Source: an uncultured Oscillospiraceae bacterium (GTDB taxonomy: Bacteria; Bacillota; Clostridia; Oscillospirales; Oscillospiraceae). From it: a stretch of 64,000 bases of DNA. This document shows, in pieces, positions 55,660-64,000 of the stretch (position 1 is the first letter of the stretch; each line of letters opens with the position of its first letter). A model generated the notes under the pieces. The model was not told the DNA's origin. It saw only the letters and a list, made by a program, of their open reading frames with translations, and made no database searches. The position numbers and the translations under genes were made by a program. The stretch covers positions 21,439-85,438 of the forward strand of contig CATONV010000001.1 of assembly GCA_951801655.1 (NCBI GenBank), written 5' to 3'.

Positions 55660-56745
55660 ATGGAACACTCCAATCCGCTGCTTCAGGGCCTGAGTGGCCA
55701 AAAATTCATTACCATCGGCGAGATCATGCTCCGCCTGACTCCGCCCAACTACGGCAAGATTCGAGTGGCCAACAGCTTCGAGGCCAGCTACGGCGGTTCT
55801 GAGGCCAACATCGCCCTGGCCCTGGCCAACCTGGGTGTGGACAGCACCTTTTTTACCGTGGTCCCCAACAACTCCCTGGGTAAAAGCGCCATTCGCATGC
55901 TCCGGTCCAACGATGTCCACTGCACTCCGGTGATCCTCTCCTCCCCGGAGGAGACTCCCACCCACCGTCTGGGCACCTACTACCTGGAGACAGGCTACGG
56001 CATCCGCCCCAGCAAGGTGACCTACGACCGCCAGCACTCCGCCATTACCGAGTACGACTTCTCCAAGGTGGACCTGGACGCCCTGCTGGAGGGCTTTGAC
56101 TGGCTCCATCTCAGCGGCATCACCCCCGCGCTGTCTCCCAGCTGCGCCCAGTTTATTCTGGACTGCCTGATCAAGGCCCGGGAGAAGGGTCTCACCGTCA
56201 GCTTCGACGGAAACTTCCGCTCCAAGCTGTGGACCTGGGAACAGGCCCGCGACTTCTGCACCCAGTGCCTGCCCTATGTAGACGTTCTGCTGGGCATCGA
56301 ACCCTACCATCTGTGGCGGGACGAGGCGGACCACGGCCAGGGAGACTGGAAGGACGGCGTTCCCCTCCAGCCCAGCTATGAGCAGCAGGATGAGGTATTT
56401 CAGCACTTTGTGGAGAGATTCTCCAACCTGAAGTGCATTGCCCGCCACGTCCGCTACGCCCACAGCGGCAGCGAGAACAGCCTGATGGCCTACATGTGGT
56501 ATCAGGGCCACACCTTCGAGAGCAAGCTGTTCACCTTTAATATCCTGGACCGGGTAGGCGGGGGCGACGCCTTCGCCAGCGGGCTGATCTACGCCATGAT
56601 GCACAACTATAAGCCCATGGACATGGTCAATTTTGCCATAGCCAGCAGCGTCATCAAGCACACCATCCACGGCGACGGCAACATCACCGACGACGTGACC
56701 TCCATTCGCAATCTGATGAATATGAATTACGACATCAAGCGGTAA
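55660..56745 (+). CDS. kdgK: 2-dehydro-3-deoxygluconokinase (PfkB family)
   Basis: IGEIMLRLTP, YGGSEAN, HLSGITPAL, DRVGGGDAFASGLI. Confidence 0.88.
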   Translation: MEHSNPLLQGLSGQKFITIGEIMLRLTPPNYGKIRVANSFEASYGGSEANIALALANLGVDSTFFTVVPNNSLGKSAIRMLRSNDVHCTPVILSSPEETPTHRLGTYYLETGYGIRPSKVTYDRQHSAITEYDFSKVDLDALLEGFDWLHLSGITPALSPSCAQFILDCLIKAREKGLTVSFDGNFRSKLWTWEQARDFCTQCLPYVDVLLGIEPYHLWRDEADHGQGDWKDGVPLQPSYEQQDEVFQHFVERFSNLKCIARHVRYAHSGSENSLMAYMWYQGHTFESKLFTFNILDRVGGGDAFASGLIYAMMHNYKPMDMVNFAIASSVIKHTIHGDGNITDDVTSIRNLMNMNYDIKR

Positions 56746-56757
56746 TCCCCAAAGTCG

Positions 56758-56795
56758 ACAGGGCCGTTCACCTTTACCCGGTGAACGGCCCTTGT
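56758..56795. terminator. Bidirectional terminator
   Basis: AGGGCCGTTCACC-TTTACCC-GGTGAACGGCCCT. Confidence 0.8.
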
Positions 56796-56813
56796 GCATG
56801 ATGTATATCCGCC

Positions 56814-58220
56814 TCAGTTCCAGAAGTCGGTTTTCTCTCTCAGGCCAATGGAGGCAGCCTTAAAGACGGGGTCCTTGCCCTGGGCCCGCTGGTCGGTGTA
56901 GTCCTTCAGGGCCTTCATGGCGGTGCCGCCCAGGATGACGATGACAGGCAGGTTGACAATGGCCATAAAGCCCATGAGAACATCGGCGGTGTCCCAGATC
57001 AGACCGAAGTCCAGCTGAGCGCCGATAAAGACGATCAGGATGGCAGCCACGTTAAAGACGGTCTTGCCGGTCTTGCTCACGGTGTGGCCGGCGATATAGT
57101 TCAGAGCGCCGTCACAGTAGTACAGGTTGCCCAGCAGGGTGGTAAAGGCGAAGAGCAGCAGGGCGAAGGTGATGAAGTAGGGGCCAATCGCGCCGAACAC
57201 GTTGGACAGGGAGGCCTGCACAAAGGAGGCGCCCTTCAGGTCTCCAGAGGGGACGATGCCGGTGCACAGGGCCATAAGGGCGGTGGCGGTACAGATGAGG
57301 ATGGTGTCGATGAACACGGACAGCATCTGAACCAGGCCCTGCTTCACAGGGTGGGACACGTCGGCGGCAGCGGCGGCGTTGGGGGCGGAACCTACGCCGG
57401 CCTCGTTGGAGTACAGGCCGCGCTTGATGCCCTGCATGAGGGCGGAGCCGGCAAAACCGCCGAAGATGGCCCGGAAGTTGAAGGCCTCAGAGAAAATCTT
57501 CCCCAGTACCATGGGCACCTGGCCGATGTTCAGCACAACCACGACCAGGGACAGCAGGATGTAAATGACGCCCATAATGGGGACCATAACGCCGGTGACC
57601 TTGACGATGCGCTTGCCGCCGCCAAAGACGCACACGCCCACCAGAATCGCCAGCAGCGCGCCGCCGATGAGGGGGATCGAACTGTTGTAGAAGCTGTAGC
57701 TGGTGAAACTGTCAATCAGGTTGAAGGAGGCGGCCATATTGAAGCCGCCGGCATAGGTGGCAATGAGGAGGACGGCGAAGATGACGCCCAGGGCGCGGCT
57801 GTGGAGGGCGGCCTCAATGTAGTAGGCGGGGCCGCCGTAGCTGCCGCCATTAGGGTCCTTTTTCTTATAAATCTGGGCCAGGGTACTCTCCACAAAGGCG
57901 GAGGCGCCGCCCACCAGAGCGGTAATCCACATCCAGAACACGGCGCCGTAACCGCCGATGGCAATGGCGTTGGCCACGCCCACGATGTTGCCGGTACCCA
58001 CTCGGGAGGCGGTGGACACCATCAGCGCCTGAAATGCGGAGACGGAGTTGCTGTCCTTGGGCTTCTCGCTGACCACCCGGATGGACTCACCCAGCAGCCG
58101 CAGCTGGACCAGCTTACCCCGGAAGGTGAAGTACAGGCCCACGCCAAGCAGCATGATAATCAGGATGTAGCTGTACATCCAGTTGCTCAGCGTCCCGATG
58201 ATGGTAGAAAACAATTCCAT
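56814..58220 (-). CDS. Alanine/glycine:cation symporter family (GlnT-like, probable glutamine uptake)
   Basis: ASRVGTGNI, GAVFWMW, ESTLAQIYK, GGPAYYI, SNEAGVGSAP, HPVKQG, FIDTILICT. Confidence 0.92.
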   Translation of the reverse strand: MELFSTIIGTLSNWMYSYILIIMLLGVGLYFTFRGKLVQLRLLGESIRVVSEKPKDSNSVSAFQALMVSTASRVGTGNIVGVANAIAIGGYGAVFWMWITALVGGASAFVESTLAQIYKKKDPNGGSYGGPAYYIEAALHSRALGVIFAVLLIATYAGGFNMAASFNLIDSFTSYSFYNSSIPLIGGALLAILVGVCVFGGGKRIVKVTGVMVPIMGVIYILLSLVVVVLNIGQVPMVLGKIFSEAFNFRAIFGGFAGSALMQGIKRGLYSNEAGVGSAPNAAAAADVSHPVKQGLVQMLSVFIDTILICTATALMALCTGIVPSGDLKGASFVQASLSNVFGAIGPYFITFALLLFAFTTLLGNLYYCDGALNYIAGHTVSKTGKTVFNVAAILIVFIGAQLDFGLIWDTADVLMGFMAIVNLPVIVILGGTAMKALKDYTDQRAQGKDPVFKAASIGLREKTDFWN

Positions 58221-58238
58221 AGATTTTCCCTCTCTCTT

Positions 58239-59186
58239 TTAAAAATTTTGTGCTGCGGGGACCGGATGGCGATACCGGTCCAGGATGTGGAGCTTTTCCG
58301 TGCGGGAAAGATACTCCAGCACCTTCTGGCCCGCCGCGCTGTTGCCCTTGCTGTCCAGGCTGGGACCATAGACGCCAATCCCCATCTCTCCCGGCACCAC
58401 GGACAGGATACCGCCTCCCACGCCGCTCTTGCTGGGAAGCCCTACCCGCACAGCAAACTCGCCGCTGCCGTCGTACATACCGCAGGTCAGCATCATGGTC
58501 AGGGTTGTGCGCACCACCTCCTCTTTTAACAGCCTGCGTCCGGTCTCCGGCTCAATGCCTCCGTTGGCCAGCACCTGCCCCAGGTTGGACAGGCTCTGCG
58601 CCGTAACACTCAGAGAGCACAGCTGGGTATACAGCATCAAAGTCTCGTCCACATGCCCGTCGATCAGCCCCTTGCTCTGAAGCAGATAGGCCAGGGAGCG
58701 GTTGCGGGCGCTGTGGGACCACTCAGATTTGAACACGTCCTCGTCCATGGTGATGTACTTGTCGCTGCACAGCCCCCGCACCGTGGACAGCATGTAGTCC
58801 AGCCCCAGGGGGAGCAGCAGCTCCACAATGGCGATGGCCCCGGAGTTGACCAGTGGGTTGAAGGGGATGTCCTCGCTGTCGGAGATACGGGACATGGAGT
58901 TGAAGGAGGCCCCGGAGGGCTCCATCTTGGTCTTGTGGAACACTGCGTCAAAGCCGTGGTGTTCCAGGGCCATCGCCAGATTGATGACCTTGGAGATACT
59001 CTGAATGGTAAAGCGCCGCTGCCAGTAGCCGCAGTGGTACTCCTCTCCCCCAATGGTCCTGACGCAGATACCCAGCTCCCGCCCGTCCGCCTTGCTCAGC
59101 TCCGGGATATAGCTGGCTACCTCCCCCTTTCCGGTGTAGGGCTTGCCAAATTCCAATGCCTGGTTCAGCAGTGCCTCATCCATCAT
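58239..59186 (-). CDS. glsA: Glutaminase A
   Basis: GEVASYIPEL, FTIQSISK, EPSG, NPLVNSGAI, TCGMYDGSG, KSGVGGG. Confidence 0.96.
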   Translation of the reverse strand: MMDEALLNQALEFGKPYTGKGEVASYIPELSKADGRELGICVRTIGGEEYHCGYWQRRFTIQSISKVINLAMALEHHGFDAVFHKTKMEPSGASFNSMSRISDSEDIPFNPLVNSGAIAIVELLLPLGLDYMLSTVRGLCSDKYITMDEDVFKSEWSHSARNRSLAYLLQSKGLIDGHVDETLMLYTQLCSLSVTAQSLSNLGQVLANGGIEPETGRRLLKEEVVRTTLTMMLTCGMYDGSGEFAVRVGLPSKSGVGGGILSVVPGEMGIGVYGPSLDSKGNSAAGQKVLEYLSRTEKLHILDRYRHPVPAAQNF

Positions 59187-59470
59187 GATGACACATCCTT
59201 TCTCTCTTCCCGCGGTTTCGAAGCCGCTTTCCCACCGGCGGTGGACCCGCCGGTGCAAAATGACCGGTCATTTTAAGCGTTTTTACCGAACGCAAAGGGC
59301 GGCAGCCCACGTTCTTTGTCGATATTATAGCACAGATTTCCATCGCTGAACAGTTCCTGTTTCTTATAACCGATATCTCAAATAGTTTTAGCGGGAAATA
59401 TATTTATTTTGCACAATGGCCCGTGTTTGTGATACAATACATGGGTAGCATGGCGAGGGAGGGTATCAGT

Positions 59471-60388
59471 ATGAACCTGAAGCATCTGGAATACTTTATC
59501 ACAGTGGCGCAGATGGGCTCGATCAACCGGGCGGCCCAGGCCCTGTTCATCTCCCAGCCCCATCTGGGCAAAATCATCCGTGATCTGGAGCAGAGTACCG
59601 GCGTGCCCTTGTTCACCCGCTCCAACCACGGTGTCACTCTCACCCCGGAGGGCATCGAATTTCAGCGCCGGGCCCAGCGGGTGCTGACGGAACTGGACGA
59701 CATGTTCAGCCACCCCAACACCAGCCAGCTTCAGGACGTGTCGCTGTCCGTCTCCATGACCAAATACTCCCACATCATGGAGAGCTTCATTCAAACAGTC
59801 CTCCAGCACAAGGACCTGCCGGCCTACGCCCACCGCCTTCAGGAGGGGGACCCCATCGACGTGATGGAGGACGTGTACAACCACCGCGCGGACGTGGGGG
59901 TGCTTCACTTTGGCCAGGGTCAGCGAAAGAACATGATCGCCCTCTTTCGAGACCGGCAGTTGGTCTACCACCCGCTGGCCCACATGACCCCTCACATACT
60001 GATCTCTCAGCGCCACCCCCTCCTTCTGGCCGGAAAGCCGGTGACACTGGAGGCCCTCTCAGGCTACGGCTTTGTCCGCTATGAGGGGCAGTTTGAGGAT
60101 TTTACCTATGATCTCTTCTCTCAGGGAGCCCGGTTCGACCTGAGTGTCAACCCCAGGATGGTCTATATTGTCACCAGGGCCTCTCTTCTCCACCTGCTGG
60201 CAAAAACCGACTTCTACTCCATCGGCATCCAGGACTTTACGATGCAGCAGTCCTCCTACCAGGTGGTGTCCATCCCCATAGAGGACTGCCGGGGACTGCT
60301 GGAATTCGGTTATGTTCTCCCTGCGGGCATCCAGCTCAACAGCATTGCCCGGGAGTTTCTTGCCGATCTGAAGCAGCGGCTTTGCTGA
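59471..60388 (+). CDS. LysR-family regulator divergent from glsA
   Basis: MNLKHLEYF...GSINRAAQALFISQPHL...LFTRSNHGVTLTPEG. Confidence 0.94.
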   Translation: MNLKHLEYFITVAQMGSINRAAQALFISQPHLGKIIRDLEQSTGVPLFTRSNHGVTLTPEGIEFQRRAQRVLTELDDMFSHPNTSQLQDVSLSVSMTKYSHIMESFIQTVLQHKDLPAYAHRLQEGDPIDVMEDVYNHRADVGVLHFGQGQRKNMIALFRDRQLVYHPLAHMTPHILISQRHPLLLAGKPVTLEALSGYGFVRYEGQFEDFTYDLFSQGARFDLSVNPRMVYIVTRASLLHLLAKTDFYSIGIQDFTMQQSSYQVVSIPIEDCRGLLEFGYVLPAGIQLNSIAREFLADLKQRLC

Positions 60389-60427
60389 ACCCCGTGCTTA
60401 TAGCATTCTTCAAAAATCCCAGCACCT

Positions 60428-60503
60428 GTAGGGGCGGATACCATCCGCCCGCACAATCATGCAGTGTATGTCGTGATCGCGGGCGGGTAATACCCGCCCC
60501 TAC
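60428..60503. repeat. GTAG-family REP doublet
   Basis: GTAGGGGCGGATACCATCCGCCCG...CGGGCGGGTAATACCCGCCCCTAC. Confidence 0.85.
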
Positions 60504-60599
60504 AGTTTGCTGTCAGCAATTCTGCGCATTGCTATACATTTCTTCTCCGAACACGGCCGCGCGGCATCCCTCCATATGCGCTTTTCCCCAGAGACAGCG

Positions 60600-60634
60600 G
60601 CGCACGGGTACGGTCCAGGGCCGTACCCGTGCGC
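60600..60634. terminator. Strong hairpin between convergent genes
   Basis: GCGCACGGGTACGG-7 nt-CCGTACCCGTGCGC; weak U-tract. Confidence 0.55.
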
Positions 60635-60648
60635 TGCAAACAGCCTAT

Positions 60649-61464
60649 TCAGATGACGACGGTATTGTCCGCCCGTCTGGTGTAATTTTTCTCCAGCATA
60701 GCCACGTGAGAGAGGAAATCACCATCCTCAAAGTACTTGGCGTGTACAGTGCAGCGGCGGACGCAGGCCTGACACTTGATACACAGACCCACAGCCTCCA
60801 TGGTCTCCTTGTCGATGCTGCCCAGGGGACAGGCCCGGGCACAGGCGCCGCAGCGGTTGCATTTCTCCCATCGGGTGAAAGGCTTGGCCTTCAGGAATTT
60901 GGCGGGGGTCCCGTCCTCCTTCAGGGGGGTGTAGTAGGGGCCGATCTCACTGCGGTCTATCTCCAGAAGGGGCGTCTCTTCTTCCGCCAGCTTTTCCGCC
61001 GCCCGGGCGGCAAACCGGCTCATCTGCGCCAGATCGTCCTCGTCGGGCCGGCCCGTCCCCACCCGGTCTGAGAAGGCGTGGCGTCCGGCGAAGGCGGCCG
61101 CCCCCACTGTCTGAAAGCCGTTGCCCTCCAGCAGCAGGACCAGCTCCCGCAGGGCCTCGTCCGGGCTCCGGTTGCCAAAGACGCACAGCCCGACAACAGG
61201 GGTGCCCTCCCCGAAAATCCGGGCCTTGTACTCGGGCATCAGCTTGTTGGGCAGGCGCCCGGCGTACACCGGGGAGGCCATCACCAGCAGGTCCTCTCCG
61301 CCGAAGCGGTACTCGGTCTGCCGATTCTCCGGGCGGGTGAAGTTGATAAATTCCGGCTCCAGATCCAGTCTGGCGGCCAGTTCGCCGCCCACAAAGCGGG
61401 CGATTTTTTCCGTTCCCCCGGTAGGGCTGAAGTAGAGGACGCATACTCGTTTTATGTTCATCAT
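60649..61464 (-). CDS. EFR1-type flavodoxin plus 4Fe-4S ferredoxin domain protein
   Basis: YFSPTGGT, SPVYAGR; CNRCGACARACP and CIKCQACVRRC. Confidence 0.88.
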   Translation of the reverse strand: MMNIKRVCVLYFSPTGGTEKIARFVGGELAARLDLEPEFINFTRPENRQTEYRFGGEDLLVMASPVYAGRLPNKLMPEYKARIFGEGTPVVGLCVFGNRSPDEALRELVLLLEGNGFQTVGAAAFAGRHAFSDRVGTGRPDEDDLAQMSRFAARAAEKLAEEETPLLEIDRSEIGPYYTPLKEDGTPAKFLKAKPFTRWEKCNRCGACARACPLGSIDKETMEAVGLCIKCQACVRRCTVHAKYFEDGDFLSHVAMLEKNYTRRADNTVVI

Positions 61465-61529
61465 ACAAAACTCCTGTCTTTTTTTGCGCCAATATGCTAT
61501 CCTCAATATATCATCCCGCCCCGCAGTTG

Positions 61530-62981
61530 TCAATCAATCCCCCTATTTTTTGTGCCGTCGGTCCTTCTCAGGGCCGACAGCTTTCTCTCAAAGCGGTCTT
61601 TTCTGCCCCCTTCTGGAACAGCGGTGGGGTAGCGCCCGGTGAAGCAGGCACCGCAGCAGCTGGGGCTGTCAATCAACTCCCCCATCCTCTCCACGGGGAG
61701 GTAGCCCAGGGAGTCAGCCCCAATGATTTGGGCGATCTCCTCCACCGTGTGGTGGCAGGCGATGAGGCTCTCCCGGGAGTCGATATCCGTACCGTAGTAA
61801 CAGGGGTGGAGGAAGGGCGGCGCCGAAACCCGCACGTGGACCTCCCGCGCCCCCGCCTCCCGCAGCAGGCCTACAATACGGCCGCTGGTTGTTCCCCGGA
61901 CAATGGAGTCGTCCACCAGCACTACCCTCCTGCCCGCCACGCTGTTCCGGATGGCGCTGAGCTTGATCTTCACCTGATCCAGCCGCTGTTCCTGACCGGG
62001 GGCGATAAAGGTGCGGCCGATGTATTTGTTCTTGATCAGCCCAATGCCGTAGGGGATGCCCGCCGCCCGGCTGTAGCCCAAGGCGGCGTCCAGCCCGGAG
62101 TCGGGCACCCCCACCACCACATCCGCCGGAATCGGGTTCTCTCGGGCCAGAATCTCTCCCGCCCGAAGCCGGGCCTCATGGACAGACACTCCGTCCAACA
62201 CCGAGTCGGGACGGGCAAAGTAGATGTACTCAAAAATGCAGGGGGTGCGGGCCGTTTTTCCGCAGTGCTCCCGGCGGGAGACCACTCCGTCCTCAGAGAA
62301 CACCAGAATTTCTCCCGGCTCCAAATCCCGGATGAATTCCGCCCCCACCGCATTGAGGGCGCAGCTTTCGGAAGCCGCCACATAGGTTCCGTCCTCCATT
62401 TTTCCAAAGCAAAGGGGGCGAAAGCCATGGGGATCCCTGGCACAGATCAGCTTCCTCGGAGACATGAGAATCAGGGAATAGGCCCCCTCCAGCCCGTCCA
62501 TGGCGGCGCTGAGGGCATCCTCCACGCAGGAGGCGGCAAGCCTCTCCCGGGTCACGATGTAGGCAATGGTCTCGGTGTCGCTGGTGGTGTGGAAAATAGC
62601 CCCGGACAGCTCCAGCTCATCCCGGAGGCTGTCGGCATTGCTCAGGTTACCGTTGTGGGCGATGGCCATGCGTCCCTTCTGATGGTTGACCTCAATAGGC
62701 TGGCAGTTGCTCCGTACGGCGGCCCCTGTGGTGCCGTAGCGTGTATGCCCCACGGCCATGGTCCCCTGGGGCAGGCGGTTCAGGGCGTCAACGGAAAACA
62801 CCTCGCCCACCAGTCCCACATCCTTGCGGGAGGCAAACACTCCATCGTCATTGACCACAATTCCGCAGCTCTCCTGTCCCCGGTGCTGGAGGGCGTACAG
62901 CCCATAGTAGACGATACGGCCTACCTGTGCAGGCTTAGGCGAAATAACGCCAAAAACGCCGCATTCTTCATGGATACTCAT
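61530..62981 (-). CDS. purF: Amidophosphoribosyltransferase
   Basis: MSIHEECGVFG, LQHRGQE, GHTRY, AHNGN, CIFEYIYFARPDS, LVDDSIVRGTT, CYYGTD. Confidence 0.97.
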   Translation of the reverse strand: MSIHEECGVFGVISPKPAQVGRIVYYGLYALQHRGQESCGIVVNDDGVFASRKDVGLVGEVFSVDALNRLPQGTMAVGHTRYGTTGAAVRSNCQPIEVNHQKGRMAIAHNGNLSNADSLRDELELSGAIFHTTSDTETIAYIVTRERLAASCVEDALSAAMDGLEGAYSLILMSPRKLICARDPHGFRPLCFGKMEDGTYVAASESCALNAVGAEFIRDLEPGEILVFSEDGVVSRREHCGKTARTPCIFEYIYFARPDSVLDGVSVHEARLRAGEILARENPIPADVVVGVPDSGLDAALGYSRAAGIPYGIGLIKNKYIGRTFIAPGQEQRLDQVKIKLSAIRNSVAGRRVVLVDDSIVRGTTSGRIVGLLREAGAREVHVRVSAPPFLHPCYYGTDIDSRESLIACHHTVEEIAQIIGADSLGYLPVERMGELIDSPSCCGACFTGRYPTAVPEGGRKDRFERKLSALRRTDGTKNRGID

Positions 62982-63015
62982 ATTTCTTCCCCCTGTGACA
63001 AACATTCTCAGGCAT

Positions 63016-63067
63016 AAAAAAGGGCAAAGGCGCCCTTGAGATTTCTCTCAGGGACGTCTTTGCCCTT
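63016..63067 (-). terminator. Long intrinsic terminator in the purF leader, with an ANTAR-like alternative hairpin
   Basis: AAGGGCAAAGACGTCCCTGAGA-GAAA-TCTCAAGGGCGCCTTTGCCCTTTTTT. Confidence 0.8.
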
Positions 63068-63075
63068 GCTTTTTC

Positions 63076-63104
63076 ATTTTAGTCCCCGCAGGGACGGTTG
63101 TCAA
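63076..63104 (-). promoter_or_regulatory. Sigma-A promoter upstream of the purF leader terminator
   Basis: TTGACA-17 bp-TAAAAT on the minus strand. Confidence 0.75.
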
Positions 63105-63118
63105 CAGGAATTTTCCCC

Positions 63119-64000
63119 TCAGGAGGCTTTGCCCACAGGGGCGGCCTCCCGCTTTTCCTGTCTCTCTCTGGGCTGGGGAGTCAAGCGCCAGCTCAGACTG
63201 GTTTTGTTGAACACCGGTTCACACACATACAGCACCGCCGGCATCAGGAAGATACTCACCAGCGCGGAGATGAGGGCGCCCCGGGACAGCATAACGCATA
63301 TGGAGCCGATCAGGTCGATGGAAGAGACAAAGGACACCCCCAGGGTGGCGCAGAAGAGAACCAGGGCGCTGGTGACAATGGAGGCGTCGGAGGAGGAGGC
63401 GGCGATGCGGATGGCCTCCTCCCGGTCCTTTCCGGCGCGCAGCTCCTCCTGAAAGCGCGAGGTCATCAAAATGGCGTAGTCCACCGTGGCCCCCAGCTGC
63501 ACGCAGCTGATGATGGTGGGGGCGATGAACGGAATCTCGGTGCCCAGGAAGTAGCAGCAGCCCTGATTGATAAAAATGGCCAGCTCAATGGTGGCCACCA
63601 GCACCAGGGGAACGGAGACAGACCGGAAGACAAAGGCGATGATGAGGAAAATGGCGGCGATGGAGATGTAGTTAGTCACCTGAAAGTCCACTGCGGAGGT
63701 GTCGATCAGGTCCCGGTACATGGCGCCCTCGCCGGTGACCATGGCGTTCGGGTCATAGTCGAAGATGATCTCGTTCATCTGGTCCAGCTGGCGGGCCACC
63801 TGATCGGTGGCGGGCTCATAGCTGGAATTTATCATCATAAGCTGATAGCCCCCCTGCCGCAGCATATCCTTTACCTCACTGGGGACAAAGAAGTCGGGGA
63901 TTCCCGTGCCCAACATGCTGTGGTAGGACACCACCGAGGTGATCCCCGGCACCTGGTCCATCCTGGTCTCCAGTTCGTTCATGTCGGAGGCGGAGATGTC
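63119..64000 (-). CDS. MMPL/RND-family transporter, C-terminal part (5' end outside window)
   Basis: VTGEGA, FRSVSVP, VQLGATVDYAILMTSRF, SRGALIS. Confidence 0.88.
   Translation of the reverse strand, partial: DISASDMNELETRMDQVPGITSVVSYHSMLGTGIPDFFVPSEVKDMLRQGGYQLMMINSSYEPATDQVARQLDQMNEIIFDYDPNAMVTGEGAMYRDLIDTSAVDFQVTNYISIAAIFLIIAFVFRSVSVPLVLVATIELAIFINQGCCYFLGTEIPFIAPTIISCVQLGATVDYAILMTSRFQEELRAGKDREEAIRIAASSSDASIVTSALVLFCATLGVSFVSSIDLIGSICVMLSRGALISALVSIFLMPAVLYVCEPVFNKTSLSWRLTPQPRERQEKREAAPVGKAS

Noticed and set aside
62982-63118. Purine or PRPP riboswitch before purF
   Set aside because: No aptamer consensus, and only a few nucleotides separate the predicted TSS from the terminator.

Overview
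GC-rich Firmicute chromosomal window. The gene set, SLH protein, sigma-A promoters and GTAG-type REP repeats suggest Clostridia/Oscillospiraceae (inference). It holds about 52 CDS, mostly transport, catabolic and regulatory. I found no rRNA, tRNA, CRISPR array, prophage or transposase. In order: a YtfQ/YtfR-like sugar ABC transporter with an AraR-like repressor; a MacAB-like efflux module plus SLH protein; a self-contained mannitol PTS (mtlD, DeoR, ptsH, ptsI, mtlA); an aminotransferase; a ktrBA-sdaAB-sdaAA-BceRS/BceAB-like run; a LysR-centred catabolic locus (RraA aldolase, aminotransferase, glycerate kinase/dehydrogenase, DAACS transporter, pxpBCA); an LsrR-like-dhaL-dhaK-lsrF-VOC locus; a FadR regulator; a five-gene YehL-type SWIM/AAA+/DUF5682/VWA operon; a sugar-acid Entner-Doudoroff cluster; glsA plus AGCS symporter with LysR; an EFR1-type ferredoxin; purF; and a partial MMPL gene. 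Best leads: (1) a possible non-canonical AI-2 catabolic module, with DhaKL and a VOC protein in place of LsrK/LsrG; (2) a LysR regulon marked by four (A/T)TAT-N11-ATAT boxes that looks like a pathway for a hydroxylated pyroglutamate/glutamate; (3) a 75-bp REP doublet inserted codon-aligned inside the DUF5682 gene, with other REPs supplying stop codons; (4) the Yeh-type MoxR system; (5) a terminator with an ANTAR-like hairpin in the purF leader. Product calls come from motif recognition only; no database searches were run.
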